64,000 bases of DNA, from positions 3,224-67,223 of IMG/VR virus record IMGVR_UViG_3300044814_000107; one strand, written 5' to 3'. This stretch comes from a virus (Duplodnaviria; Heunggongvirae; Uroviricota; Caudoviricetes). Below are positions 54,039 through 62,841 of this stretch, piece after piece. Each line of letters starts with the position of its first letter. The first letter of the stretch is position 1. The notes beneath the pieces were generated by a model that saw only the letters and a list, made by a program, of their open reading frames with translations, did no database searches and was not told the origin of the DNA. A program made the position numbers and the translations under genes.

Positions 54039-55979
54039 TCAGAGAACCCCCGTCAGAGTCAGTCGGCCTAGCCACAACCCTACTTGCTCCGAGACCTGAA
54101 CCTGAACGGAGTTCCCGAGGATGCGGAGTTGAGCCGTCCGCGGGATGTCGACGTCGCTGACCCAGCCCGCGGGGAAGCCGAGCATCCACTCGACGAAGGC
54201 TGGGGCTAGTCGTCCCTGTTCGTCGGTAGGAGCGGGAGCTGGCCGTCCGAGGATTCGCTCCCATCGGTCGACGGCGGGTCCGTAGACGCCCCATTCGACG
54301 TTTCCTCGTTCACCGCGCTCGAGAGCGTCGGACCGCCCGTCCCGAACCTCTGCCCCTTGCTCCCCTTCTCCCCGTCGGAGCTCATCGGGGTCGGCAGCAG
54401 CTTCTTCGTCCTGCCCCGGTTCGGCCGGCCCATCGTGTCCGTCCCCGTCTCGTTTCTGCGGCTCTCGCCGTGCGTCAGCGCCGCCCGCAGTTCGCCTCCC
54501 GCGCCCGGGTTCTCCTCGTTCGCGACCGGCGTCGGCAACAGGGTCGGCTGCTCGCCCTCCTGCGTGAACGGCGTTTCGGAGATCGTCTCGCGCATCGAGA
54601 TCGCCGTCCCGAGCGGCAGAGTCGCCTTCTGGCCCGACGGTCGGCGTCCCGACTGCGACATCGCGCCCCTCTCCTGCCTGCCCCCGTCCCCGTCCGCAGC
54701 CTGCGGCGTCGGCAGCAGCCGCGGCGTCCTCGAGTCGCCTGTCTGGATCGCGTCCGTCAGGCTCACCCCCGAATGCGCCCTCGACCCCTCCAGATTCCGT
54801 GAGCCGCTCGCCTCCGAGTCCCCCGCCGTCGGCGTCGGAAGGAGTTTCCCGTCCACCTGCTGACGGCGAATCTCCGGTCCCAGTAGTCGACGGAACCCGT
54901 CCGGCCTCTCTCCGTCGCCGCCCGTCTGCGCCGTCGGGGTCGGTAGTAGTTTCCCCACGGCCGCGTCCGCCGCAATGAGGTTCAGCGGTGGCGAGTTCCT
55001 CTCCCGCTGCGACGGCCCCGCCGTGTTCTCGCCGTCCTGCGTCGTCGGCGTCGGCAGCAGCCGGTCTACCTCCCGAAGGCTCGGCCCCCCGTCCCTCGTC
55101 TCGCCGTCCGTCAGGCCCCGGCTGTCCGAGACGACCGGCGTCGGCAGCAGCCTTACCTCGGCCGCGATCGCGTCCGGCAGTTCGACCGATCGCTTCCCGC
55201 GCGTCCCCTCGTGCTCCCTCGACGCCGCCCGCTCCGGATCCGCCATCGAGTTCTCCGGCCTCCGACCCAGCCACGCGCCCGGCGTCGGCAGCAGATCCTC
55301 CTCGCCCTTCGGGAGGAGCGCCGGGACCGTCCTCGAGAGCGTCCGCTGCGTCATCCACTTCCGGCCCGGCAGCCACAGCCGGTGAAGCGGATCGTCCGGA
55401 TCCAGGTGCGTCCGGAACTCCTCGAGGAACTCCCCCGTCGGCGTCGACTCCTGCGCCGACGGGGTCGGCAGAAGGAAGTCGGGCGATGAGGAACCATCGG
55501 TCTCGGCCGTGAGGCGCTCCGACATCGGCAGCTCGCAGGCAGTCGTAGGCCCACCGATAGCCGAGCGCGGCCAGGTCGGCGCAGACCACTCCGAGAGCAG
55601 ATTCTCCTGCATCGAGGCGTAGGCCGGCCGCTGTTCGGATTCCGGGGACGTTCTCGAGGACGACGTAGCGGGGACGAAGCGCGCGAAGGGCGTCGGCGAC
55701 TCCGAACCAGACCTGGCCGTGGTCGCCCTCGATCCCGGCTCGGCGCCCGGCGAGGCTGTAGTCGGGGCAGGGGAACCCGGCGGCGAGGAGATCGACTCGC
55801 TCGACGGTGGACCAATCTCGAAAGAGGTCTCCATGATTCGGTACTCCAGGGTAGTGGGTTTCGAGGACGGTGGCCGCGGCCGGGTCGGGCTCCGCGAACC
55901 ACGCCCACTGGATGCCGAGCGCCTGCTCGAGGCCGAGGTCGAGACCACCGCCTCCCGAGCAGAGCGACCCGCCGATCAT
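54039..55979 (-). CDS. Dcm-like DNA cytosine-5 methyltransferase with an aberrant ~1-kb variable region
   Basis: Motif I (LCSGGGGLDLGL), motif IV (FPCPDYS), motif VI (ENVPG), motif VIII (HGRDRWFLIA), motif IX (FVEWMLGFP) and motif X (GNSVQVQ) are all in this frame. The intervening ~330 codons are low-complexity Gly/Arg/Asp/Ala-rich. In the +1 frame (track ORF 54206..55948) the same DNA encodes at least 10 LLPTP repeats. Confidence 0.55.
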   Translation of the reverse strand: MIGGSLCSGGGGLDLGLEQALGIQWAWFAEPDPAAATVLETHYPGVPNHGDLFRDWSTVERVDLLAAGFPCPDYSLAGRRAGIEGDHGQVWFGVADALRALRPRYVVLENVPGIRTAAGLRLDAGESALGVVCADLAALGYRWAYDCLRAADVGAPHGRDRWFLIARLPSADPVGAGVDADGGVPRGVPDAPGSGRSASPAVAAGPEVDDAADALEDGPGAPPEGRGGSAADAGRVAGSEAGELDGGSGAGGVEGARGDAREAIGRTAGRDRGRGKAAADAGRLGQPGPDGRRDEGRGAEPSGGRPAAADADDAGRREHGGAVAAGEELATAEPHCGGRGRGETTTDPDGADGRRRREAGRVPSTTGTGDSPSAGGRETPSDADGGGLGGERLTESGGVEGAFGGEPDGRDPDRRLEDAAAAADAAGCGRGRGQAGEGRDVAVGTPTVGPEGDSAARDGDLDARDDLRNAVHAGGRAADPVADAGRERGEPGRGRRTAGGADARREPQKRDGDGHDGPAEPGQDEEAAADPDELRRGEGEQGAEVRDGRSDALERGERGNVEWGVYGPAVDRWERILGRPAPAPTDEQGRLAPAFVEWMLGFPAGWVSDVDIPRTAQLRILGNSVQVQVSEQVGLWLGRLTLTGVL

Positions 55980-56220
55980 CGCGCGGAGAGAGGGATCTGG
56001 AACGGGGAGTCTGGCGGCGACGTGAACGCGGGTTCGCCGACGATCTCGGTTCGTTCCTCGTCGGAGAGCAGACGGGCGTCGAAGCAGACCTTGACCTCGT
56101 GGAGGACGCAGAGTTCGTGGGCGATCTTGCTCTTCTCGATCCCTGCGGCATCAGCTTCGGCCATCATCAAGCGGACGAGAGCCGTCTCCTCCTCCGTGTA
56201 TTCAGCGACTCGGCCGCTGT
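55976..56220 (-). CDS. hypothetical small protein
   Basis: This is the C-terminal ~80 codons of track ORF 55976..56557, from the GTG (VEIEFPKDSG) that lies about 25 nt downstream of the CTACGACCGTAG motif. Confidence 0.35.
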
Positions 56221-56274
56221 CCTTAGGGAACTCGATCTCCACGAAGGGGTGACCGTAGCCGCCTTCTCGGACGG

Positions 56275-56286
56275 CTACGGTCGTAG
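56275..56286 (-). promoter_or_regulatory. CTACGACCGTAG motif, about 25 nt 5' of the GTG of 55976..56220
   Basis: Exact 12-mer, with a half-site (gaccgtagcc) 15 nt away. Confidence 0.45.
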
Positions 56287-56289
56287 GAC

Positions 56290-56616
56290 TTACAGCGACG
56301 ACGGGCTTGCGCCGGCGACGGCCATCGCGCGGCGAACCCCGCCGATCATCGCCAGCGTGCGAGCTTCGATGCCGAACGCCCGCTCGAGCTGGAGCGAGAG
56401 GTGGTAGAGCCTGCGCCCGAGCCGCCGGTCGAGGTCGGAGGCGTAGGCTCCGGTCGAGTCGTATTCGATCTCGACCATCTTCGCCCAGAACGCGGCGAAG
56501 CGATCCCAGTCGAAGTGGACTCCTTCGTTCTCGACGTACTCCTCGCAGCGGGCGCACCCGTCGACGAGGAACTCGTCGCGCTCGTCCGGGCTCGGGTGGG
56601 CGATGTGGGTCGTCAC
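56290..56616 (-). CDS. hypothetical protein
   Basis: The GTG start (VTTHIAHP) overlaps the upstream stop (GTGA). The sequence is protein-like. Confidence 0.45.
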   Translation of the reverse strand: MTTHIAHPSPDERDEFLVDGCARCEEYVENEGVHFDWDRFAAFWAKMVEIEYDSTGAYASDLDRRLGRRLYHLSLQLERAFGIEARTLAMIGGVRRAMAVAGASPSSL

Positions 56617-57002
56617 CGGACGCACCGGACCGAGATCGTGTACGTCATCTCGGGAATCGCGGTCGGCGGCGGGTTCGGGACCTCGATGTAGCCCTTCGCC
56701 CTCCGAACGCCCTTCAGGACGGCGCTGACCTTGCGACCGACGGGAGTCAGGATCGGCGACTGCTGCCAGCCGCCGCGCCGCGCCTTGTAGGTGAGCCAGA
56801 CTTGGAAGCTGTCCGTCGGGATCCGCGACAGGACGATCCTGCCCGACCTCCTGTGGCAGACGAGCCGTGCTGACGTCCTGCAGGGGAGGTTGTCCCCGTT
56901 GCCGGAGCAGGTCACGGTCTGGCTCGTCGAGGATGACCGCGCGAGCGCGGCCGGGACGAGAACGAGCGCGGCCAGGGCCGCGAGTACGACGAGATTCTTC
57001 AT
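56613..57002 (-). CDS. secreted protein or lipoprotein with a signal peptide
   Basis: Track ORF 56613..57329, trimmed to MKNLVVLAALAALVLVPAALARSSS, which is preceded by AAGGAG. The mature part contains Cys residues. Confidence 0.5.
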   Translation of the reverse strand: MKNLVVLAALAALVLVPAALARSSSTSQTVTCSGNGDNLPCRTSARLVCHRRSGRIVLSRIPTDSFQVWLTYKARRGGWQQSPILTPVGRKVSAVLKGVRRAKGYIEVPNPPPTAIPEMTYTISVRCVR

Positions 57003-57433
57003 TTCACTTCTCCTTCTTGGTCGTGGGGGAATCGGGTTCGGGCGCCGACTGGTTGCGCCCAGCCGGCGCGAAGCGCCTCCCAGACGCGGTCTCGGATCCA
57101 GTCGACGCTGTTCGGGAAGCCGCAGACCTCGGCCCAGCCGTCGAGGATCGCTTCGACGTTCGCATCGGGTAGCGGGCCGTCGAACGGCGGGATGACGCAG
57201 AGCAGTTCGGTCGTCCCGTCGCCGAGGCGGAGCAGGTAGAGCTCGCCGGGGTCGGCGGATGTCGGACCGCGTCCGAGGGGGCCGATCCATGTCAGCCGGT
57301 AGTGGTCGCGGCCCGAGCCGCCGCGCCACAGGACTCCGAACTCGTAGCCGTCCTCCATGTAGCCGCCGTCCGTTCGGGGCTGGATCTGGCGGTTCCGCAG
57401 CAGGTCGGCGAGGGTGGGGAAGATGACGCTCAC
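56999..57433 (-). CDS. hypothetical protein
   Basis: Trimmed to a GTG preceded by GGAGG (VSVIFPTL). The stop overlaps the next start. Confidence 0.5.
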   Translation of the reverse strand: MSVIFPTLADLLRNRQIQPRTDGGYMEDGYEFGVLWRGGSGRDHYRLTWIGPLGRGPTSADPGELYLLRLGDGTTELLCVIPPFDGPLPDANVEAILDGWAEVCGFPNSVDWIRDRVWEALRAGWAQPVGARTRFPHDQEGEVK

Positions 57434-57645
57434 GACTCGCCTCCGTGCGAGCGGATGTACTCGAGAGCCTCCTCGGGACTGATGAACGCGAACGGGGTCG
57501 CGTCGATCTCGGCCGCCTTCAGGCCGTGCTGCGCGATACAGATGCGGCAGACCCACCACTGTCCGATCGCGCCGACGGTGACCTTGACCGGCTCGTCCCA
57601 CTCGATCTCCGGGTAGCTGTCGCGGAGTTCCTGTACGGAGATCAC
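57430..57645 (-). CDS. hypothetical small protein
   Basis: Coupled to its neighbours by GTGA overlaps at both ends. The 71-aa product is protein-like. Confidence 0.45.
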   Translation of the reverse strand: MISVQELRDSYPEIEWDEPVKVTVGAIGQWWVCRICIAQHGLKAAEIDATPFAFISPEEALEYIRSHGGES

Positions 57646-58106
57646 TGGTCGCGTCCGATCCGCGGGCTGAGCAGACCGCCGCGGCTGAGTTCAGCCCCGA
57701 GCGGGTAGTGCGCGTCCGTCCTGCGGCGTCCCTTCCCGGGCGAGTTCACGATCTTCGCGAGGTGACGCTCGACGAGCGCCTCCCGCAGGCCCGGCTCGAA
57801 CTCGTAGGGAACGCCGCCGGGCCAGAGCTCGTGTGTATCGCGGAGCCCGAGCCCGTCGTCGACAACGTGGACGAACCAGCGATCGCCGGCGCGGTTACAC
57901 GCCCGCCAGATCGTCGCGCCGAACGACGTATCCTCCTCGTCGGCGCGAGCGGCCATGACTTCCCCGACTCGCGCGAGGCCGCGCTCGTAGACCTCTCCGG
58001 CCGCATCCTTATCGGGGAACTCGAAGGCGAAGACGTCGACGCGGTCGATCATCTCCGTCAGGGTTTCGACGCCCCGAGCGAGGCGTTCAGTGTTGGTGGT
58101 TTCCAT
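57642..58106 (-). CDS. hypothetical protein
   Basis: GGAAGGAGAG precedes the ATG. Confidence 0.55.
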   Translation of the reverse strand: METTNTERLARGVETLTEMIDRVDVFAFEFPDKDAAGEVYERGLARVGEVMAARADEEDTSFGATIWRACNRAGDRWFVHVVDDGLGLRDTHELWPGGVPYEFEPGLREALVERHLAKIVNSPGKGRRRTDAHYPLGAELSRGGLLSPRIGRDQ

Positions 58107-58411
58107 CAGTGTTCTCTCCTTCCGGCCGTAGGACGGCCTATGGTCGTTTCTCTTTCAGGTCGGTGCCAGCAGGGGATTAGCCAGCGGCCGGCGACAGCGT
58201 CGAGGACGCCGATCGCGCCGAGGTCGCAGAGCCGCCGGCCGTGCTCGGCCTCGTCCGCGTCGAGCTGGCGGAGCGCCGGCCCGAGCCCCTCGAAGTCGGT
58301 CGCGGCGACGACGCGGAGTCGTTTCCCGACCCGCGCGTAGATGCGGAGACGATGCTCCTCGTCGAGCGGGTAGAGCGCCGTCGACGGAATCACGTAGGTC
58401 GGGCGCGCCAT
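58106..58411 (-). CDS. hypothetical protein
   Basis: Track ORF 58106..58543, trimmed to MARPTYVIP. The start overlaps the upstream stop (TGATG). Confidence 0.45.
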   Translation of the reverse strand: MARPTYVIPSTALYPLDEEHRLRIYARVGKRLRVVAATDFEGLGPALRQLDADEAEHGRRLCDLGAIGVLDAVAGRWLIPCWHRPERETTIGRPTAGRREH

Positions 58412-58890
58412 CAGATGTCGCGCCCCCGTTCGCGAAGTACCGAGACCAGCTCGGCCTCGGCGCAGGCGTCGATTAGCAGGATCGCCCACCGGAGCGCCGC
58501 GAGCTCCTCGCGGGTGCGGTCGGCGTCGCGGCGCGGATCCCACTCCGCGAGGCGACGCTCGAGCCGGTCCCGTCGGCGATCAAGCGCCGCGCGGTAGTCC
58601 CGCTCGCGCTTCCTGAGCTGCGGCACCGCCTCGTTCGGGAGTTTCACCATCGCCAGCGCCGGGTCGTCGATGGTGCTGTCGCGCCTGACCTCCTGCGCGG
58701 ACTGGAGACAGCGAAGGCACCACGCTATGCGGGCGCTATTCGCCTCTCGCCTCGTTACCGGCCGAAGACTGATCGCCGTTCCGCAGAACGGCTGGCCGGC
58801 GTCGTCCAGCAGGTGCAGGTCGAGGGTGTGGCCGCGCGAGGCGACCACACCCTCGTACCCGCCGAACCACGTCAGGGACTTCGTCGCCAT
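58411..58890 (-). CDS. hypothetical protein
   Basis: GGAGACG precedes the ATG. The 159-aa product is protein-like. Confidence 0.5.
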   Translation of the reverse strand: MATKSLTWFGGYEGVVASRGHTLDLHLLDDAGQPFCGTAISLRPVTRREANSARIAWCLRCLQSAQEVRRDSTIDDPALAMVKLPNEAVPQLRKRERDYRAALDRRRDRLERRLAEWDPRRDADRTREELAALRWAILLIDACAEAELVSVLRERGRDI

Positions 58891-59672
58891 TAGGCCGACG
58901 TCTCCTCCGCGGTCGAAACGGCGGCGGCCGCGATTGCAAGCGCGTGCGCGACCTTCGGTACGTCCGCCTTACGGCTGACCGTCCGGGTCAGACCCCACTT
59001 CGTCTCGTGGAAGCCCGCTCCCGCAGGGAGGCTTTCCATGACCGCCATCAGCGGCTTCGGGATCTTCACCGGCTGGCCGGTCGCGCGGCCCTTCTCGAGA
59101 TACGCGAACGCCTTCTTCCCGACCAGCAGCCGGGTCATTCCGGAGGCGTTCGTCGCGACCTCGACGCCAGCGACGCGCTCCTTTACCGCTGCGATCAGGA
59201 CGGCCGCGAGATCCTCGCCGCCCTCCTGCCGCTTCTGCGGCGTCTTCTTCGTGGTCGTATTCTCCGCCACGGAGTCCTCCTTCGTAGGGGTGGTAGGCGG
59301 GGGAGCCTCACTAGCGACGCGGCGAGAGCGGTAGCGACTGCTAGCGGTCGTCGGGCGTTCGCCTTGAAGGTCTGCTCCCCCGTTAGGCCGACCGCGACTG
59401 CGGCCGACCGCCGAGCGACCCGTCCCGGCGAGGGAGAACGGGTCGCTCGGCGCTCGGTCGATGTTGTTGGGGCCGTAGATGTTGACGTTTCCGTGACCGT
59501 CGGCGTCCGTACGGCCGACGACCTTGCCTGACGGATCGCGGACGTAGAAGCTCGCCTCGACGCCGCCGCGCGTGGCCTCGTTCGCGACCGTGATCGCGGC
59601 GGACAGGCCGAGAGCAGCGCTCTCGGCCTTCCTGTCCACCTCGGGTCCGGTGACGGTGTACCGAGCCTTCAC
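58890..59672 (-). CDS. hypothetical two-domain protein
   Basis: Track ORF 58890..59873, trimmed to a GTG preceded by GAGGAG (VKARYTVTGPEV). A Pro/Thr-rich linker separates two domains. The C-terminal domain contains LLVGKKAFAYLEKGRATGQPVKIP. Confidence 0.5.
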   Translation of the reverse strand: MKARYTVTGPEVDRKAESAALGLSAAITVANEATRGGVEASFYVRDPSGKVVGRTDADGHGNVNIYGPNNIDRAPSDPFSLAGTGRSAVGRSRGRPNGGADLQGERPTTASSRYRSRRVASEAPPPTTPTKEDSVAENTTTKKTPQKRQEGGEDLAAVLIAAVKERVAGVEVATNASGMTRLLVGKKAFAYLEKGRATGQPVKIPKPLMAVMESLPAGAGFHETKWGLTRTVSRKADVPKVAHALAIAAAAVSTAEETSA

Positions 59673-60355
59673 GAAGTGCTCCTCGGGTCGTCCAGCGAGC
59701 GGACGGGGTTCCGCTCGAAGAACCGAACGTAGAGCTGCTCGAGCTCGGCGACGTCGAATCGCTCGCGCGGTACCCCGATCCGCTCGAAGTCGGCGCGGTC
59801 GAGGACGTGCGCTGCGAGTTTCGCTGCGTCGCCCTGCTCGACGACCGGGTCGCAGTCGGGGCAGGCGGCCCAATACTCATCTTGGACGATTGTGGCGACG
59901 CCCGATCCGACCTCCGGACGCCCCGGGGAGGCGATGAGGATGTCCTCGACGAGATGGCCGTCGGTCGTGTACGTGACGACGTTCTCCCCGAGCAGGTGGC
60001 AACAGAAGTCGCAGACGCCTCCCTCCGCGACGTTCTGTGCCGCCCACTCGTTCGCGTCGGCTGCTGCGCGGTCGATGAACTCCTGCGGGTTCCGGGCGTG
60101 CCGCTTCTCGACGCTCGTCCTGACGTTCTCGCGGACAGACTCGATCTCCTCCTCGGAGTAGCCGAGGTCGGCGACACCGTCGATCCCTTGCTTCCCGCCG
60201 ACGACGTCGATCTCGTACTGCCAATCCTCGCCGGACTTGAGCGTCAGTTCGCAGCGACAGCGATGGGACTCCGCCGACAGGAAGGCCGCGTGCGGCTTCC
60301 TGATGGCGTAGCGGTTCCCCGAGGGGTAGACGGCGACGACCTGAAACTCGGCCAC
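59669..60355 (-). CDS. hypothetical Cys-containing protein
   Basis: The 228-aa product is protein-like (CRCELT...CDFCCHLL...CPDCDP). The stop overlaps the next GTG. Confidence 0.5.
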   Translation of the reverse strand: MAEFQVVAVYPSGNRYAIRKPHAAFLSAESHRCRCELTLKSGEDWQYEIDVVGGKQGIDGVADLGYSEEEIESVRENVRTSVEKRHARNPQEFIDRAAADANEWAAQNVAEGGVCDFCCHLLGENVVTYTTDGHLVEDILIASPGRPEVGSGVATIVQDEYWAACPDCDPVVEQGDAAKLAAHVLDRADFERIGVPRERFDVAELEQLYVRFFERNPVRSLDDPRSTS

Positions 60356-60727
60356 CTAGACCGCCCCCTCGTCCTTCGCGCGGGCCTCGTCCGAGGCGCG
60401 GTCGAAACGCTCGACCGTCTTCACGATCCCCTCAACCGCGCGGTCGCGCGCCTCGAGGACATCGCGTCCGCTCCGTTCGAGGACGTACTCCGGAGAACCC
60501 TTCGTCCCCGGTTCTACCTCGGTGCGCGAGGGGACGTACGAGTTGTAGAAGTCGCGATGCCCCTCGGGGCCGAGTGCGATCTCTCCCGCTTCGAGCAGGC
60601 GGTCGGCCGTCCGTCCGACGTGGCCTTCGAGGTGCCACGCGAGTCCGGTATCGACCAGCTCTTGGTAACAGGCGACGACCTCCTCCTCGGAGGCCGTCTC
60701 GTCGTAGAGCGCAGTCAGGTCGGCCAT
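60356..60727 (-). CDS. hypothetical protein
   Basis: GGAGGCGAGC precedes the ATG. Confidence 0.5.
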   Translation of the reverse strand: MADLTALYDETASEEEVVACYQELVDTGLAWHLEGHVGRTADRLLEAGEIALGPEGHRDFYNSYVPSRTEVEPGTKGSPEYVLERSGRDVLEARDRAVEGIVKTVERFDRASDEARAKDEGAV

Positions 60728-61015
60728 CTAGCTCGCCTCCCCGGGAGCGCCGAGGTACTCGATCCGACGCGCGACGACGGCGAAGTGGCCGTCTGTCGAC
60801 TGGATTCGTCCGTCGATGGCGATACGCCGACCCTTCGAGAGGTACTGGCTAGCGAGTTCGGCCTGCCTGCCGAAAGTCTCGACAGAGATTAGGTCAGTAC
60901 CGCCAGCGCTGGTCGGGCGGTCGACCGCGAGGGTGAAGGTTGCCTTCGCCTCGCTGCCGACGCCTTCAGCCTCTACGTCGGTCGTCAGGTTACCGATCAG
61001 GGTGACGAGGTTCAT
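60728..61015 (-). CDS. short SSB-like OB-fold protein
   Basis: The product reads MNLVTLIGNLTTDVE...FTLAVDR...ETFGRQAELASQYLSKGRRIAIDGRIQS. This pattern resembles the SSB N-terminal OB fold. Confidence 0.6.
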   Translation of the reverse strand: MNLVTLIGNLTTDVEAEGVGSEAKATFTLAVDRPTSAGGTDLISVETFGRQAELASQYLSKGRRIAIDGRIQSTDGHFAVVARRIEYLGAPGEAS

Positions 61016-61440
61016 GCCGCCACCGCCGCCCAGACCCGCGCCTCGTAGCCGCGATCGTCGATAGTCCCGCGTCCGCGCCGCGACGCGACGAGCGAGGGTG
61101 CCGCTTCGACGGCCTTCCGCAGTTTCGTAACAGCGAGCGGGTCGCTCCCTGTCTTCTGCGTCGCGACCGTGTCGATCCCGAGCGCTCTCGCCCGGTCGCA
61201 GAGCGCGTAGTACGCCTCTGGCGTGATAAACGAATCGGCCAGCGAGGACAGGTCTGCCCTGCGGACCCTCTCGCGGATTAGCTGGCCGTCGACGTAGAAG
61301 TCGGCGGTCAGGAACCGCGACGCCGCGCCGTTGTCGGTCGCGTCGTTCATCAGCGTCCGGGCCGCGACGACCGCAGACTCCGGATTCTCCGCCTCGGCTG
61401 TATCGCCGTTCGAGAGGCGGATCTCGATCATGGTTTCCAT
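61012..61440 (-). CDS. hypothetical protein
   Basis: The 142-aa product is protein-like. The stop overlaps the SSB-like gene start (ATGA). Confidence 0.5.
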   Translation of the reverse strand: METMIEIRLSNGDTAEAENPESAVVAARTLMNDATDNGAASRFLTADFYVDGQLIRERVRRADLSSLADSFITPEAYYALCDRARALGIDTVATQKTGSDPLAVTKLRKAVEAAPSLVASRRGRGTIDDRGYEARVWAAVAA

Positions 61441-61572
61441 CTGTTTGCCCTACTTTCCGCCCCGTCCCCGGGGCCGTTGTTATCTGCTGTTGTTGTAACA
61501 GGTTCGTAGCGTCACCGCCAGCCGCAAGACGAGTTATCTAGCGGAATACGAGGCTACGTCGTAGCGTTACTC

Positions 61573-61800
61573 TCAGGTCGTCGCCGCGAGAAGCGCGTCG
61601 CGCAGGTCAGCCCACGCGCTCGTCTCAGGCAGCGACGTAAAGAGGCGGTCGCATATCTCGCGGGGAGACTCCCCCCGGCGGATCGCGACGCAGTAGACGC
61701 TCGCCAGAAGGAAGGCGTCAGCGATCTCCGGCTCCTGCTCGAGCAGAGCCGTTGTCGACCGGAGAACCGCGTTGCCCTTCTCCTCGGTCTCGGTGTCCAT
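61573..61800 (-). CDS. hypothetical small protein
   Basis: This is the C-terminal 75 aa of track ORF 61573..62049 (MDTETEEKGN...). The upstream part is Arg/Pro-rich noise. Confidence 0.35.
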   Translation of the reverse strand: MDTETEEKGNAVLRSTTALLEQEPEIADAFLLASVYCVAIRRGESPREICDRLFTSLPETSAWADLRDALLAATT

Positions 61801-61877
61801 CGAAGCGGCCGGCTGCGAGTCGAACGCGCTGATCCCGACTGGATCGTCGGGCTGCCCCCGTGGGCTCGGCCGCGTGG

Positions 61878-62519
61878 TCAGGCTATCGCGCGCTTCGGAT
61901 ACGGGCGGCGGCGCAGCTCGACGAGCTCGCGCATATCCGAGTCGAGCGGCATTTCGTAGCGGTATTTCCCCGGCATCGTCCGGGTCGGCGTCGTGGCGAG
62001 TCGGCCGCTCTCGCGGAGGTCGTAGTAGACGCCCTTCTTGTGCCTCCACCGGCCACCGACGAAGTATTCGACGACGCTCGCGGACTGGCCGGTGAAGATC
62101 CAGTTGCCCGCCTGGTAGATCCCGCCGACGTGGTCCTGCGACGGGTCGGCGAACGAGACGACGAGACGGAGGCCAGGGTTCGACCGCTTCAAGAAGCGGA
62201 GCGCGATCGCGACGATCTTCGAGACCGGCGCGTCATGCTCGCGGAGCGCTACCCGCGTCAGCTCGCAGACCTCCGTGTGGTCGAGGTCGAACTGCCGGCC
62301 GAGGTGCGGGGACGCGCCGCGGGAGAAGATCACGACGCCCTTGAAGTGTTCGTCCTCCCAGACGCCGACGATGACGAGTTTCCCGGTCGGCAGGACGCCG
62401 GCGTAGTGCCAGCGAGTGCAGGCGAACTCGGCGGCCGCGTGGTCGGCAAAAGCGAGGCGGAGGGCTCCTCCGGAGGAGCGTTCAGTGGCACCCTCGAGCC
62501 ATTCGCGCTCGCTCGGCAT
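61878..62519 (-). CDS. conserved phage protein of unknown function
   Basis: Trimmed to MPSEREW. The product is protein-like (WHYAGVLPTGKLVIVGVWEDEHFKGVVIFSRG...YQAGNWIFTGQS). Confidence 0.5.
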   Translation of the reverse strand: MPSEREWLEGATERSSGGALRLAFADHAAAEFACTRWHYAGVLPTGKLVIVGVWEDEHFKGVVIFSRGASPHLGRQFDLDHTEVCELTRVALREHDAPVSKIVAIALRFLKRSNPGLRLVVSFADPSQDHVGGIYQAGNWIFTGQSASVVEYFVGGRWRHKKGVYYDLRESGRLATTPTRTMPGKYRYEMPLDSDMRELVELRRRPYPKRAIA

Positions 62520-62535
62520 CCCTTCGCCGTCAGAG

Positions 62536-62841
62536 CTAGCCACGCTGTACCACGTCCTCTCTGACGATGCCGGTCATCGGTTCGCTCTGGCCGATCGCGC
62601 CGCACTTCGTACAAGCAAAGCGCAGGACGCCCTCGACGAGCGGGATACCGTGAACGTGCGGCCTGTCGGAGTCGCGGTACTCGTTCGTCTGACGCCATAC
62701 ATGCTCGCAGGCGGCAGACGGGGTGTAGCCGGCGCACTCGCACGGGCCGCGCTTCGGATCGGCGAAAGCGTGGAGGCAGCGCCGACCCCGCGTGAAGGCG
62801 TGATCGCTTTCGGGATGCCCACACTCGCAAGCGGACTCGCT
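62536..62841 (-). CDS. small Cys-rich (zinc-binding) protein
   Basis: This is the C-terminal 102 codons of track ORF 62536..63489 (MSESACECGHPESDH...CECAGY...CEHVW...CTKCG). The ATG overlaps the ParB-like gene stop (ATGA). Confidence 0.4.
   Translation of the reverse strand, partial: SESACECGHPESDHAFTRGRRCLHAFADPKRGPCECAGYTPSAACEHVWRQTNEYRDSDRPHVHGIPLVEGVLRFACTKCGAIGQSEPMTGIVREDVVQRG

Noticed and set aside
54206-55948. Treating the LLPTP-repeat frame as an independent gene
   Set aside because: It has no plausible start context and its N-terminal third is noise. I regarded it as the displaced variable-region frame of the C5 methyltransferase rather than a separate CDS.
58120-58145. Partial CTAC-N4-GTAG-like sequence (ccgtaggacggcctatggtcg)
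   Set aside because: It carries only half-sites with different spacing and was not counted among motif occurrences.
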